Shown here: one piece after another, positions 38,421-52,179 of the stretch
Layout: every line of letters starts with the position of its first letter
Numbering within the stretch: the stretch's first letter is position 1
From: Octopus vulgaris
Taxonomy: Eukaryota
DNA: 64,000 nt
Assembly: GCA_951406725.2 (NCBI GenBank)
Contig: OX597823.1
Coordinates: forward strand, 4,836,001 to 4,900,000
Reading direction: 5' to 3'
The notes under the pieces: model-generated
Seen by the model: only the letters and a program-made list of their open reading frames with translations
Told to the model about the DNA's origin: nothing
Databases searched by the model: none
Made by a program: the position numbers and the translations under genes

Positions 38421-40054
38421 TATCATCATATATTATCATATCCTATTAAATGCTGTCAAAATATATCATACTTAATAGTATGTGTGATTATAGTATATGA
38501 TTGCAAACCTTACACATGACACGGCAGATACAATCAAAAGAAATGAGTAAAGACAAGAAAACAAACAGTAACACGTGCATTCATGTAAAACTAAATAATA
38601 TGGTGCACAAATTTGCATGCAGCATACAGCATTAGCAAAAACAATTTAATGGTGACTCTTGTATGTGTTCCAGCAAATAGTTTCTGATGTGTCTGCAGTT
38701 TGCAGAAAAATACACACACACACTCATTGGATACAGTAGTAAATTTGATAGGAAATTTATTACTCCCTTTTAGTGTAAGCTTATGTTTAGTGAACCCAAA
38801 CACGTAGACAGACATAAATTTAGATTATCACATTCTTTCTTGACAAGTAACCGGAAGTGAAGTTCAACTTTATGCTGGCTTCCGGCGACCGCCAGCATGC
38901 GTGTCAGAAGATCAAATTGTCTATAAAAAAAAGAAATCATCTCAATATATTGAAAGATATTTATAGCACTTAGTTATTGTATTTTTCTTTTATGGTTAAC
39001 TCCTGGATAAGTTTTTCATGACAGAATTCATCCGTCACTAAGAAATTGCCAGAGGTTTTGTCAAATATTGAATTGTTTATAAAAACAATAAAACAGGATG
39101 TTATTTTGTATCAAAACACATGCAAAAACACACATACATACATATATGCATGCATGCAGGCACTACATACATACACACACACACATATATATATACACAC
39201 ACACACACACATGCATACATACACATTCATACATATATACAAACATATGTGCATATATACACACATACACTCATACATGCATACACATATATACATACAC
39301 ACACATGCACATATTCATACATATGTACAAACATATGTATATACACATATATGTACATATATGCATGCATACCCACATACATGCATACACACACACACAC
39401 ACACACACACACTTACATGCACACATTCACTCCCTGCCACACACACAGACATACATACATACAAGCATATATGTACATGCATGCATAGAATGTACATACA
39501 ATAGTGAAACTCGGTCATCTTGCAGACATCAACATAAAGGTGAAGATCAGTGAAAAAGAAAGCCCCTAAGCTGAACTGTTGAGAAATTTGCAAAGACTGT
39601 AAATTACTCAATAGCTCACCATTTGTTAGTGATTCCTTACCACTCCTGGTGGATGTCACCTTTGCACTATTCAGGTGACAACCCTCCTACACATGGGTCT
39701 GTTTGGGTAGGTGTTGCTGGTCAGAGTTTTACAAAGTCAGAATGCAAATCCCATTTCAACCTCTTTTAGACAGCTTTTACGACATGTCGAGGAAACGTTG
39801 GCTCCATTTTTTGACATGCCAATCTCCACACAGCACTGGCGCAATGTGAAATGAACACAACACACTGCCCAGTCTCGGAGTTGAATCCATGATCTCGCAA
39901 TTGTAAGTGCAACGTCCTTACCACTAGGCTACACACCTTCAAATTCATATATATGTAGGTATATACATGTATAGGTGTATGTATACATATGTGTGTGTTT
40001 GTATGTATGTATAGCTGTATGTATTCATGCACACGTGTATATTCTGTTACTCCA

Positions 40055-40442
40055 TTACTTGTTTCAGTCATTTGACTGTGGCCATGCTGAAGCACCGCCT
40101 TTAGTTGAACGAATCGACCCCAGGACTTATTCTTTGTAAGCCTAGTTCTTATTCTATTGGTCTCTTTTGCTGAACCGCTAAGTAACAGGGATGTAAACAC
40201 GCCAACATCAGTTGTCAAGCGATGGTAGAGAGCAAACACAGACACACACATATACATATATTTATATATATATATATACATACACACGTGACAGGCTTCT
40301 TACAGTTTCCGTCTACCAAATCTACTCACAAGGCTTTTGTTGGCCCAAGCCTATAGTAGAAGAGATTTGCCCAAGGTGCCACACAGTGGGACTGAACCCG
40401 GAACCATGTAGTTGGGAAGCAAGCTTCTTACAGCCACGCCTG
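40055..40442 (-). mobile_element. tRNA-derived SINE
   Basis: Reverse complement of the 56840-57240 family. Confidence 0.82.
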
Positions 40443-41066
40443 TGTACATATATGTATATGTGTACTGGGGTGTGTATGTATATACATGTATATAGAGAGG
40501 GTACATTTACACACACACACACACATGAATATTTGAAAGAAGAAAAAATAACTACGCCAAACCATCACAATAAAACACACCAAAAAAGTGGATAATTTCA
40601 GAATACCAGCTGAGAAGGTCTATGTTCTTTACATTGGGTCTTTAACTACTCTGGCTCCATAATGTTCACATTAGGAGGTTCGACCCAAATTTCCAGTCTT
40701 TAACCAGTGAGAAAATGAAATCAAACAGGAGGTATTTCAAGGAAGAAAAAAACAAAAATATTTGAACAGAACCTGGATGCATGTTTTTGTGTGTGTACAT
40801 GAGTATGTGTTTGTGTGTGCATATATACATTTAGATATACACAGTTATATACTTATGTGTGTTTGTGTGTATATATGTATTTATGTGTTTGAGTGTATAT
40901 GTTTGTGTTTGTATATGTGTGTGTGTGTATATATATACATATATGTGTATGTGTTTGAGTATCTACATGTATTAACGTATGTGTGTATATATTCGTGTGT
41001 TTGTATGTATATACTTACATTTATGTGTTTGTGTGTGTATATATGTATTTATTTGTGTATATGTGC

Positions 41067-41097
<31 letters not shown>

Positions 41098-41098
41098 G

Positions 41099-41137
<39 letters not shown>

Positions 41138-42107
41138 CACACATATTTGTGTGTACATGTATATTTATGTGTTTGTCTCTATGCATGTGTGTATGTATGG
41201 ACATGTATCTGGGTGTGGGGGTTTGTGCTTGGAGAAAACTACGAATTGCTCCAAATAACCTTAATGTCTTCACCTTCCAGTAATTTCACTCTGAGATCCG
41301 GGTACAAATAATAATAATAATAATAATGAACACAACAAATTGTCAGGTCGTCAGAGTACTTATTACGCTTCGTATACTGTTATAATCTAAGTTGGAATGG
41401 GTGAGGAAGCAAGCAGCTAGTCTGATGAAGTACATCCCTTTTTTCTCATTCTAAACTCAAACACACGTGGTATGATTTAAACAGAGCATGGCATGCTAAC
41501 GAATCACACGTCAATTTTACTATGCTCATTTAGTTGACTGCACAATGTTGCTGTACTTGATTATATTTACAGTCTAGCAAAAATTGTCTTGCTGTGGTTA
41601 TTGTGTTCCTGTCATAAATGCAATGCTGGGATTTGAACCACTGATTCTTCAGTAAGTAGGATGGCAAACTACTGCTTCAACCTACTTTGTGATTGATTGG
41701 CTTAATTGTAGTGTTCAGAAACTGGTAAACAGCAGATGTAAGAAGAGTGAAATCGTGGTGATGGTCATCATCATCGTTTAACGTCCGCTTTCCATGCTAG
41801 CATGGGTTGGACGATTGACTGGGCTGGCCAACCAACTGGCTGCACCAGGCCTCAATCTTGATTTGGCAGAGTTTCTACTGCTGGATGCCATTCCTAACGC
41901 CAACCACTCCGAGTGTGTAGTGGGTACTTTTACATGCCACTGGCACGGGGCCAGTCAGGCGGTACTGGCAACGATGGTGTTGGAGCAATTTACCCCAAGT
42001 ACAGGTGTGAAAGGGCACAGAAAATTTCTCTGGCTAATCACACTAATTAAAGTGGTGGCAATGTTTGTGTGTGTGTATGGTATGTGTGTGTATATATATA
42101 TATTGTC

Positions 42108-43460
42108 ACACCAATATTTGCAACACTAGTAATGGGATACCTAGAATAAAAAATCTACACCATATCCAGAATTTTTTTTGACCACTTTCAAACCTCCCTT
42201 ATGGAAAAGATTCTTAGATGATTGCTTTGTATTTTGGAACTGAAATAAGGAGGACCTTACAAAATTTCTTAAATTGATAAACAGCATTCATGATTCAATC
42301 CAATTCACTGTGGAAATGAATGTAAAGGAACTCCCCTTTTTGGACATCTTGATGATTAAAGAAAATGAGACAGTTACAACTGACCTTTACTACAAGAACA
42401 CAGACACACACCAATATTTGGATTTTAGATCTTGCCACCCTTCCCATACAAAAAGGGACACCATTTAATATGGCAAGGCGCATATGCTCGATAGTCACAG
42501 AAACGGTTAGACAAGAGAAATGACTGGCAAAACTTAATAAATTCCTTCAGAAACAAAAATATCCCAACAATTTAATTCAACATGCCATGACAAAAGCAAA
42601 GGAAATCCTGATCTCTACCTTATGGAGAAACACTCAGGCTAGGTGTGAAAATACAAATACAAATATTCCATTTGTAGTCATCCACTACCTTAGAAACTAC
42701 AACATCCTGCACTCAGCCAAGCGATACCTCCCAATTCTACATCAATCACCAAATCTCCAATGAATAATTAAAAAATCACAAATTATCAACAGTCGAAGAC
42801 AACCACCTGACCCCAAGAGACTCCTAACAAAGGTGAGATTCACATTTGAAAAAGAAACAATGCAAGTCACCAACTGTGGTGACCCCTGTTGTGGGACAAT
42901 GGAATTAATTGAGCAAGGGACAACCAAAAGACTCAAGAATGGGAAGGAATTAAAAGTGAATGCAAACATGAATTGCAAAACAAAAGACTTCATCTGCTGC
43001 ATCACATACCCACAATGCAATGAAAACTACATTGGGGAGACTGGAGGGAAACTGACCAAATGTGTATAAACAACAAATTAGGGATTCATCTTTTAGGAAT
43101 GTCCCATGCAGTGAACATCTAGATATCTGTGCAAATGGAAAATTTATTTACCAGCCTCCTCTGGCACCTGTGCCGGTGGCACGTAAAAAGCACCCACTAC
43201 ACTCATGGAGTGGTTCACGTTAGGAAGGGCATCCAGCTGTAGAAACACTGCCAGATCAGACTGGAGCCTGGCGCAGCCTCCTGGCTGCCCAGACCCCAGT
43301 CGAACCGTCCAACCCATGCCAGCATGGGAAACGGACGTTAAACGATGATGATAATGATGATCCCCATTTTTACAAAATAAACAATGAAAATGTATAGTTA
43401 CGAAAGGCAAAAGAAGAATACTTTATAAGAATTCTAAATCTGAAATTAAACCGAAAATAG
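42108..43460 (+). mobile_element. Second Penelope-like element (RT + GIY-YIG), decayed, interrupted by an RTE UTR copy at ~43150-43360
   Basis: WKRFLDDCF, FTVE..ELPFLDI, LYYKNTDTHQYLDFRSCHPSHTK, NCKTKDFICCITYPQCNENYIGETG. Confidence 0.9.
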
Positions 43461-44001
43461 CCAACACTCCACATAATAAACAATGGTAAAAGAATATTTA
43501 TGACGAAAACCAACAGTGCAAAAATAAACTGGAAATAATACTACCATTGCCACAAAACTAACAACTTCCTCTTTAAGAGCACATGTGTTTGAAAAGGCTT
43601 AATGAAAGCACTCACACACTAGAAAAGAACTTCTTCCCAGAAAAGGTTAGTAACATCCTCATAAAAGATTTCATAACATTAAAAAAAAAAAATTTTTTTT
43701 AAAAATCACATTTACATTTCAAAAGCTGTAATAAGTAATTCTCATAGACTTTCAAATATATATATGTGTGTGTGTGTGAGAGAGAAAAAAATAAGTTCAA
43801 GTAGAACAATTCAAACTTTTTGAGGAGTCCAAAAAGAGAGAAAATAATTTCTAATTAAAAATTCATTATTTTCAGAAATATCTTGCTAGAGCAGGCAATA
43901 AGAATATGAAAATAACGAGTGAAAAGTTTGTTATAGGTATAAAACACCATAAACAATTATAAAAATGGAGATGTTAAAAGATCAAAATTGGATTTAATAT
44001 G

Positions 44002-44097
44002 CACATACGAATGTTTCAAAGGGCAATACAAATATGTAAGAAAAAATTATAATAATAATTATAATTAAAGTTATGTATTGTCATTCTCGTCAGTGTG
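44002..44097 (-). ncRNA. Type I hammerhead ribozyme motif with AT-rich extended stem II
   Basis: Minus strand CACA-CTGACGA-GAATGACAATACA...TGTATTGCCCTTT-GAAA-CATTCG-TA-TGTG. Confidence 0.75.
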
Positions 44098-44261
44098 AAG
44101 AATTTAAGGAAAAAACATAAAAAAAGTTATAAATAAAAATCAAGAAGGAAAAACAAATGTGGTAATACGGAGGATTTAACCGGATATTTACAAATAAGTT
44201 GTAAAAAGGGAAAAATTGAGAGAAATGAAGAAGGACATCAATGTGTATGCAAGTCTATTTG

Positions 44262-45277
44262 TGCAAAATTATTTCTGCCATCAAGGTCCTCTACACAGAT
44301 ACGTCTTCAACCATCTTAACCCCTGATGGAGAAACATCATCTTTCTCGATCGAGGCTGGAATACTGCAGGGAGACACACTCGCCCCATTTCTTTTCATCA
44401 TTGTTGTTGATTATGTGCTACGTATGTCAGTTGATACCATCTCTGGCAAGGGCTTTGAAATAAAACCAAGAAGAAGTTCCAGACACCCAGCTGAGTACTT
44501 GACAGACACTGACTTTGCTGACGACATCGCTCTTATCAGTGATTCTCTCTCCAATGCCCAGTCTCTTTTACAATCTCTTGAACAAGCCTCAAATTGTGTA
44601 GGTCTTTACCTCAATGAGACCAAAACTGAATGCATAAACAAGTGCCTGTCCAACAGTGATTGCATCATCCACACTCTCAACAGTGCACCTTTAAATATGG
44701 TTTCTGATTATAAATATCTTGGGTCATACATATCATCATCTGGAAAAGACTTTCTAACTAGAAAGGGTATGGCCTGGTCAGCCTGTAATGACATGCATAA
44801 GATCTGGTCATCAAATCTAAGTAGAGACTTCAAACTTGAAATATTCAAAGCCACAGTCGAACCAATTCTACTATATGGCTCAGAAACCTGGACGTTATCA
44901 AAGAAGCTTGAGAGGCGGTTGGATGGAACCTACACTCGCCTCCTTATGAGAGCTCAAAATCTCTCGTGGAGGCGCCATCCAACTAAAATGCAAATATATG
45001 GGAAATTACCACCTGTGTCATCTCTTGTGAAAGATAAGAGAGTCCAGTTTGCTGGACATTGTTGTAGAGCTGAAAAAGAAGTAATTTCTACTCTTCTCTT
45101 CTGGAAGCCATCTACTCGCAACACCAGAGGGCGCACACTCTCCTACCCTGATGTAATCTCCAGGGATACAGGCATCCAGCAACAGGACCTCCGTAATGCT
45201 ATGATGGACCGTGAAGTCTGGCGCAACATGGTAAATTCCATTATCTCGACCACGGTCGAACAATGATGATGATGATT
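44262..45277 (+). mobile_element. 5'-truncated LINE of a second RTE-group family with uninterrupted RT ORF
   Basis: ORF 44241-45266: GILQGDTLAPFLF, DFADDIAL, YKYLG, ILLYGSETW; stop immediately followed by (TGA)n tail. Confidence 0.93.
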
Positions 45278-45374
45278 TGTGCAAAAAAAATCTATAAACT
45301 AATTTAGATAATGGATATATTTAAAAGTAAGTAGGAAAATATGCATATATGCACACACACACACATATATATCA

Positions 45375-46330
45375 CCATCATCATTTAATGTCTGTTGTCC
45401 ATGCTGGCATGGGTTGGACAGTTTGACTAGGGCTGGTAAGCTGAGGGGCTTCACTAGGCTCCAGTTTGATTTGGCGTGATTTCTATGGTTGGGTGCCCTT
45501 CCTAATGCCAACCACTCTGAGAGTGTAATGAGTGCTTTTACGTGTCACCAGCATGGATACCAGTCACGTGACACCAGTATCTGTCACAACTATGATTTCA
45601 TTTGGTTTGATGAGCCTTCTTCTCAAGTACAACATATTGCCAAAGGTCTCGGTCACTTGCCATTGCCTCTGTGAGTCCCAATGCTCCAAAGGTACTTTTT
45701 ACATGCCACCTGTTTGACTGCTAGTTACATGACACCAACATTGGCCACATTGCCTCTGTAAAGTGCTACACTCGAAAGGTGCTTTTTACATGCCACCAGC
45801 ATGGGTGCCAGTTACATGCTATAAGCATTGGTCATGACTACGATTTCACTTGGCTTGAAAGGTCTTCTCAAGCATAGCATATCACCAAAGCTCTCAGTCA
45901 CTAGTCATTGCCTCTGTGAGGCCCAGCATTCAAAGACCATGTTTCACCACCTTGTCCCATGTCTTCCTGGGTCTATCTCTACTACAGGTTCTCTCTACAG
46001 GTAGAGATGGGCACCTCTTTACACAGATGTCCTCATTCATACACATCATGTGACCCTACCAGTGCAGTCATCTCTCTTCCACACCACATCTGATGCCTCT
46101 TATGCCCAACTTTTCTCTCAAGATGCTAACACTCTGTCAGCATCCACCAAAGCATACTAGCTTCATTTCTTTCAAGCCTACGCATGTCCTCTTTGGTCAC
46201 AGCCCATGTTATACTGCTGTGTGGCATGGCTGTTTGCACACAGGCATCATACAGTCTACCTTTCACTCAGAGGGGAGGCCTTTGTTGCCAACAGAGGTAG
46301 GAGCTGCCTGAACTTTGCCCAGCTTTTTAT
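45375..46330 (-). mobile_element. Old RTE 3' fragment with UTR
   Basis: Reverse complement of the RTE C-terminus (cacctcgtcccaggtt-like) and UTR units. Confidence 0.75.
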
Positions 46331-47099
46331 CTATAGCTTTATCTAAGGCAGCAAGTTGGCAGAATCCTTAGCATGCTGGACAAAATGTTTAGTGGAATTT
46401 CATCTGTCTCTACATTCTGAGTTCAAAATCTATTTTGCCCGTCATCCTTTCAGGCTTGACGAAGTAAATACTAGTTGAGTGCAGGAATTGATGTAATCAA
46501 CTCGGGCCGTCCCCTAAAAATAATTTCAGGTACTGTGCCTATAGTAGAAAGGACTATTTATAGCTTTATCTACTTTGAGGGAGACCATTAAAAAATCATT
46601 TACTTCACATCCCAAAGTTTCTAAATTCTTATAATGTAAAAGTAGTTTAATGATTTTAGTGATTGCCACATTAATCAATACTTGGTTAAGAAACAAAAGA
46701 CCAGTTGAGATGTCAAGAGGCTGTTTTAGCTGGTTCTTACTTGAAATTGTTTGGCCACAACAAAGTTGATGAGAATAAAAAGACTGCACAGAAATGGTGA
46801 AATGGTGACAAAACAACAAATTGACATTTAGTTTTGTTGTTGTTGTTTAGCGTCAAGTGTCTCTTGCTTGAGGTATAGTTTATCTCTTACTTGTTTCAGT
46901 CATTGGATTGCAACCATGCTGAGGCACCACCTTGAGGGGTTTTAGTGAAACAAATTGACCCAAGTACTTACTTTTAAGCCTAATACTTATTCTATTTGTT
47001 TCATTTTCAGAACCACTTAGTTACAGGGGTGTAAACAAACCAACACCAGTTGTTAAGTGGTAGATGTACAATCACAAGCACAAAGACACACACATGTTT

Positions 47100-47362
47100 T
47101 GAAATGTTTTAAGTGAGGAAAGTCTTATCTTCTCAGTTCATTTACAGGTCTTAGAAAAGCTGAAACACTGCTGCAATAAGTGCCTGAATCTGAGGGGGGG
47201 AATATGTTGAATACAATCATAATTAACTGATCCTCCTGTATTTTCCTTTACCAGAATAAGAGTAAAAGAATATATATATACACACACACACACACAAAGG
47301 GGTGCTGGAAAGTTCCTGCCTTTAGGTAAAGGAAAATACAGGAGGAACTTTCCAGCACCCCT
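47100..47362 (+). mobile_element. Mariner 3' remnant with rearranged TIR
   Basis: NKCLNLRGEYVE-type C-terminus and TIR-like ggaactttccagcacccct. Confidence 0.6.
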
Positions 47363-47363
47363 T

Positions 47364-47406
<43 letters not shown>

Positions 47407-47541
47407 TCTTTTACTCTTATTCTGTTACATGTTTCAGCCTAAAGGCTGTGCCCATTATACATACATACATTTATACATAGTGACAAGGAGAAGAGAGAAA
47501 TAGAGAACCATGCACATACAGAAGAATCTAGACGGGTACAC

Positions 47542-47589
<48 letters not shown>

Positions 47590-48609
47590 ATAGATAAGTA
47601 GATAGATAGACATAGTTCAATAGATGGTGCAGAACTAATATGCAGACAAAGGGATAGGCTTTGAGATTTTTATACAAATAATCAGACAGGCTGATGGTTA
47701 GATAATGTAAGCACAGTGTATTTTCACTGCAATAAGCAATCATTTTCAATTTAGACAGACAGTTACGTTTGTGCATGATTTCTCACAAATATTTATTGGA
47801 TACACCGGAAGTTGCAGTGTGGGGACAGCCACAACCTCTTGGCTCCTGAACCTTATCTCACTGTTTTCTAAATAGCCCCTAGGAAATTGATGTCATGAAC
47901 CAAACAGTCAGGTCATAATGTACTGAAATCCATTTATCACGAGAAAGAGAGGAGCAATGGATGGAGTAGGGTCTGGAGGAAGAGGAAGGGAGATCAAATC
48001 TTGTTTACAGCTACATCTTTACCGCATTAATTGTTATGAAGATGGTATGAGAGGGAGTGGGTATCTTCACATTGATGTAGAATAATTGATTTTGTTGTTT
48101 TCAAATCAGGGCTGAACTTTGAATCAGGTGTTCCAGTCACGGCCACCCCTGTCTGTTTTTATTTTATTGTATTTTTCAAGGAAGAATGTCTTGAATTTTC
48201 TTATCCATTGTGTTCTCACAGTGTTCTTTTAGTTGTTTCAATCATTGGACTATGGCCATGCTGTGGCATTGATCTGAAGGGTTTTGTTGATCAACTCAAT
48301 CTCCAGTCCTTAACTTTGCTTTTAAGTCTGGTACTTATTGTATTGAATTTCTGTTTTGACAAAGTAAGGCATGGGGACATAAACAAACCAATACCAGTTG
48401 TCAAACAGTGAGAGACAGCATTCAGACACATGTACATACAGATATGTTGGTGTTCATGTGTGTTTATATATATATATATATATATATTTTCATTTAGAAA
48501 TGAAGGGGCCTACTATCTCTAAATGAAAAAATATATATTTCCTCATTGAGAATAATTTTTCAAATTTTTTTTTGATGCCGGAATTTTTATTCCCTAACAA
48601 ATAAAATTA

Positions 48610-48641
<32 letters not shown>

Positions 48642-49290
48642 ACATAAGGTCGAGAGATGTGAGAAGTGAACATACATTTATTTTTTCCATGTGACTTCCT
48701 TATGGTTACAGCTGTTTCATAATCTTCTTGTAGTATTATTAATTTCAGTATGCAAAATTATATCAACTCTGCCTTTCATCCCTTTGGGGTTGATAAAATA
48801 AGTACCAGTTAAGTACAGGGGTCAATGTGTTCATGTAAAACTGGGATGTATACGTAATTAATTAATTTATGTACTTACATGTTTGTGATGTGTACTTAAT
48901 CGGATATAGTCCAACACTCTACATGAGTAGCACTTACTCAGGTATAGTCCAATGCTTTGTCAGTGTGGTGAGTGTGTTTACATGTGTTGTGTGAGTGACG
49001 TAGGTGACACAGTCGAAACACATCTTTTCATTATTATTGTTATTATCATTATTATTAGTTAAGGTGGTGAGCTGGCAGAATTGTTAGCATGCTAGGCAAA
49101 ATGCTTAGTGACATTTCATCCGTCTTTATGTTCTGAGTTCAAATTCTGGCAAGGTCAACTTTGCCTTTCATCCTTTTATGGGGTTGACAAAATAAGTACC
49201 AGTTGAGTGCTAAGGTTGATGTAATTGACTTACTCCACCCCCAAAATTGCTGGCTTTGGGCCTATAGTAGAAAGGATTATCATTATTATA

Positions 49291-50200
49291 TGTTTGACTT
49301 TTGCTCCAAGTCTCACCCAGAGACCTGAAGAAACAAGTTAGAAGTTCAAGTTGGTATTATGCCTAGGGTGTCATATATTTGGTTTTGCACATAGTATTGT
49401 TCTAGAGGTTCCACATTTTGCCAATTTCTATTTCAAGATCTTTATACTTGCTCAGTTTTTGGTAGGTCTTGACAGATACATTTATTTCAATTGGGACAGT
49501 CATATCAATGAGGAGGCACGTTCTTTGTCTGAAGTCTTTCAATATAATGTCTGGTCATTTTGCATCTATCTTTCTGTCAGTTGGAATAGTGAAGTTCCAG
49601 AGGAGTGAGATGTGATCATTTTCAAGCACTGGAGGTGGATTGTGTTCCCACCAGTTTTTATCATGGGGCAGGTCCAGGTTCTTGCAAATTACCCAGTGAA
49701 TATATTGTGCTGCCCTACCATGCCTGTTAAAATACTCTTTAGGCACAGGAAGACTGCACATGGAGACAACATCATCAATGGTTTCATTTTGTTGTTGACA
49801 TACACATGTTGGGCTACTGCTGTTCTTTAATATGTTGGCCTGGTAGTTACTTGCAGATAGGTATTGATCTTGGGTTGCTATGATAAACCCTTCTGATTCT
49901 GATTTTAAGCCAGAAGACACTAATCATTAATGGGTAAGGGCTTTGTCAACATTGACATTATTAGCTCTCTTTGGGTATTTGCCATTGAGTGGTTTTTCTT
50001 GCCATTTGTCAGTAAGAATATCTAAGGCAGCAGTTTTAGCACAGGTTTTCATAAACTTAGCTTTTTCTGCGCTTGTTTCCAGTATGTCTAATTCTGGGAT
50101 TTGTTGTATTTAGAATTCACTCAGATATTCCTTTGCCTGTTTTATTACTGAGTATTTCACTGAGTACTGTTTATTACTGAGCTTTCTTGTTTTCATTATT
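49291..50200 (-). mobile_element. R4/Dong-like non-LTR retrotransposon 3' fragment (zinc knuckle + restriction-like endonuclease)
   Basis: EGFIIATQDQ, C..CQQQNETID.VVSMC, RH.RAAQYIHW, WNFTIPTDRKIDAK then PDI and LSKYKDLEIE. Confidence 0.85.
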
Positions 50201-50220
50201 ATTATTATTTTTATTATTAA

Positions 50221-50890
50221 GAAGGCGATGAGCTGGCAGAATTGTTAGCATACTAGGTGAAATGCTTAGCAGTATTTCACCCATTTCTCCATTCTGAGTT
50301 CAATTTTCACCTTGGTCAACCTCCTTTCATCGTTTCAAGGTTGATAAATTAAGTATCAGTGAAACACTGGGGTCGATGTAATCAACTAGTCCCCTTCCCC
50401 CAAATTTCATTGTTTTGGGGGTTGATGAAATAAGTACCAGTTGTGCACTGGGGTGGATGTAATTGACTTGTCCCCCTCCCTTTAATTTCAGGCTTTGTGT
50501 CTTTAGTAGAAAGGATTTTTATTTTAGGTGGTGAGCTGGCAGAATTATTAACATGTCAGGCGAAATGCTTATCAGTATTTCGCCTGCCACTACATTCTGA
50601 GTTCAAATTCTGCCATGGTTGTTATTCTTTCGGAGTCGATAAATTAAGTACCAGTGAAACACTGGGGTTGATTTAATCAACTAGTACTCTCCCCCAAATT
50701 TCAGGCCTTGTGCTTTTAGTAGAAAGGATTATTATTATTATTATTATTATTATTATCTAAATCTTGCCAAGGTTCAGTTAACCTTCCATCCTTTCAGAGT
50801 TAATAAAATAAAGCAGCAGTCAAATACTGGGGTAAATGGCTCCTTCCCTCTAAATTTCTTGGCCTTGTATCTAAATGAGAAATGATTATT
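50221..50890 (+). mobile_element. Head-to-tail cluster of MetaSINE-like SINEs with (TTA)n tails
   Basis: Repeated gagctggcagaat...ctgagttcaa...gataaattaagtaccagt...agtagaaaggattatt. Confidence 0.75.
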
Positions 50891-52179
50891 AACCCTGGCA
50901 GGGAAGATTTATGATTAGATGACATAATGATATAAACATTAGGTTTAAAATATGAGAACAGATATTAAAGGAATAAGACAAGCAAGGAAACTAGAAGAAA
51001 CATGTATGCTGTATGGAAATTAATTTATATTTAATTACTGTTTGGTCTTAAACTGGTTATTTTCTTTGTGTGTTTTTTTAATCTTTTTTTTTTTGTGATC
51101 GTGAAATTTAATTGGGGTGGTTTCAGATTTCAGTGTGGGCAAGAGCTTCACACCCTCAATATACAGAATTGGTTGTTATTCATTGGTGTTGGTTTGTTTA
51201 AGTATTTGTAACTTAGCAGTTTGGCAAAAAGATATGGATGAAATGAATAGAATGAACTTAAAAATAAGCACTGGTGTAAATTTAGAATTGATTGACTAAA
51301 CCTGTTATGGTAAAGTTCCAGCATGGCCAAAATCCATTGACTTAAACAAGTAAAAGAATTAAAAAAAATACACACACATACATATAATGGAAGAAGGAAT
51401 ATATGTGTGTGTTTATGCATGTATGTGTGTGTACACTTTTATTTTGGTCATCATCATCATCATCATCATTTAGCGTCCGCTTTCCATGCTAGCATGGGTT
51501 GGACGGTTCAACTGGGGTCTGTGAAGCCAGAAGGCTGCATCAGGCCCAGTCTGATCTGGCAGTGTTTCTACGGCTGGATGCCCTTCCTAATGCCAACCAC
51601 TCCGTGAGTGTAGTGGGTGCTTTTTACGTGCCACCCGCACAGGTGCCAGACGGAGCTGGCAAACGGCCATGGACGGATGGTGCTTTTTACGTGCCACCAG
51701 CATGGGGGCCAGGCGAGGCTGGCAACGGCCACGATCGGATGGTGCTTTTTATGTGCCACATAGAAATATTGTTATTTTCTACTATGGTGAGTACTCTTTC
51801 TTCTGACTACCACCTCTAAATGGATATATATATATAAAATCACACACACACAGCATATATATGTATGTGTATGCAAGCATACACACGTGTATATATGTGT
51901 GTATGTATTTGTGTATGAATATATATATATATGTATGATATATACGTATATAGACATATGTACACACACATAGATTTTAGAAACGACAGTTCAGTGCAAC
52001 TTAAGCTTTGTAAGTAAACAACTTCTTACATAATTCCATGATGTAACATTTCAATTTTAATAACATTGCTAATATTTTAAACGCACTAACTCAACACAGG
52101 GTGTGTAATTCCTATTACATTATATCCTGTTTACTGTCAACATGCTCTCTTTTTTGCACTTATTATAATTTATCCTTGT

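Noticed and set aside
41418-41476. CTGATGA hammerhead-like half (similar cases near 60655-60710 and 11265-11310)
   Set aside because: GAAA box or stems I/III are broken; cannot be supported as ribozymes
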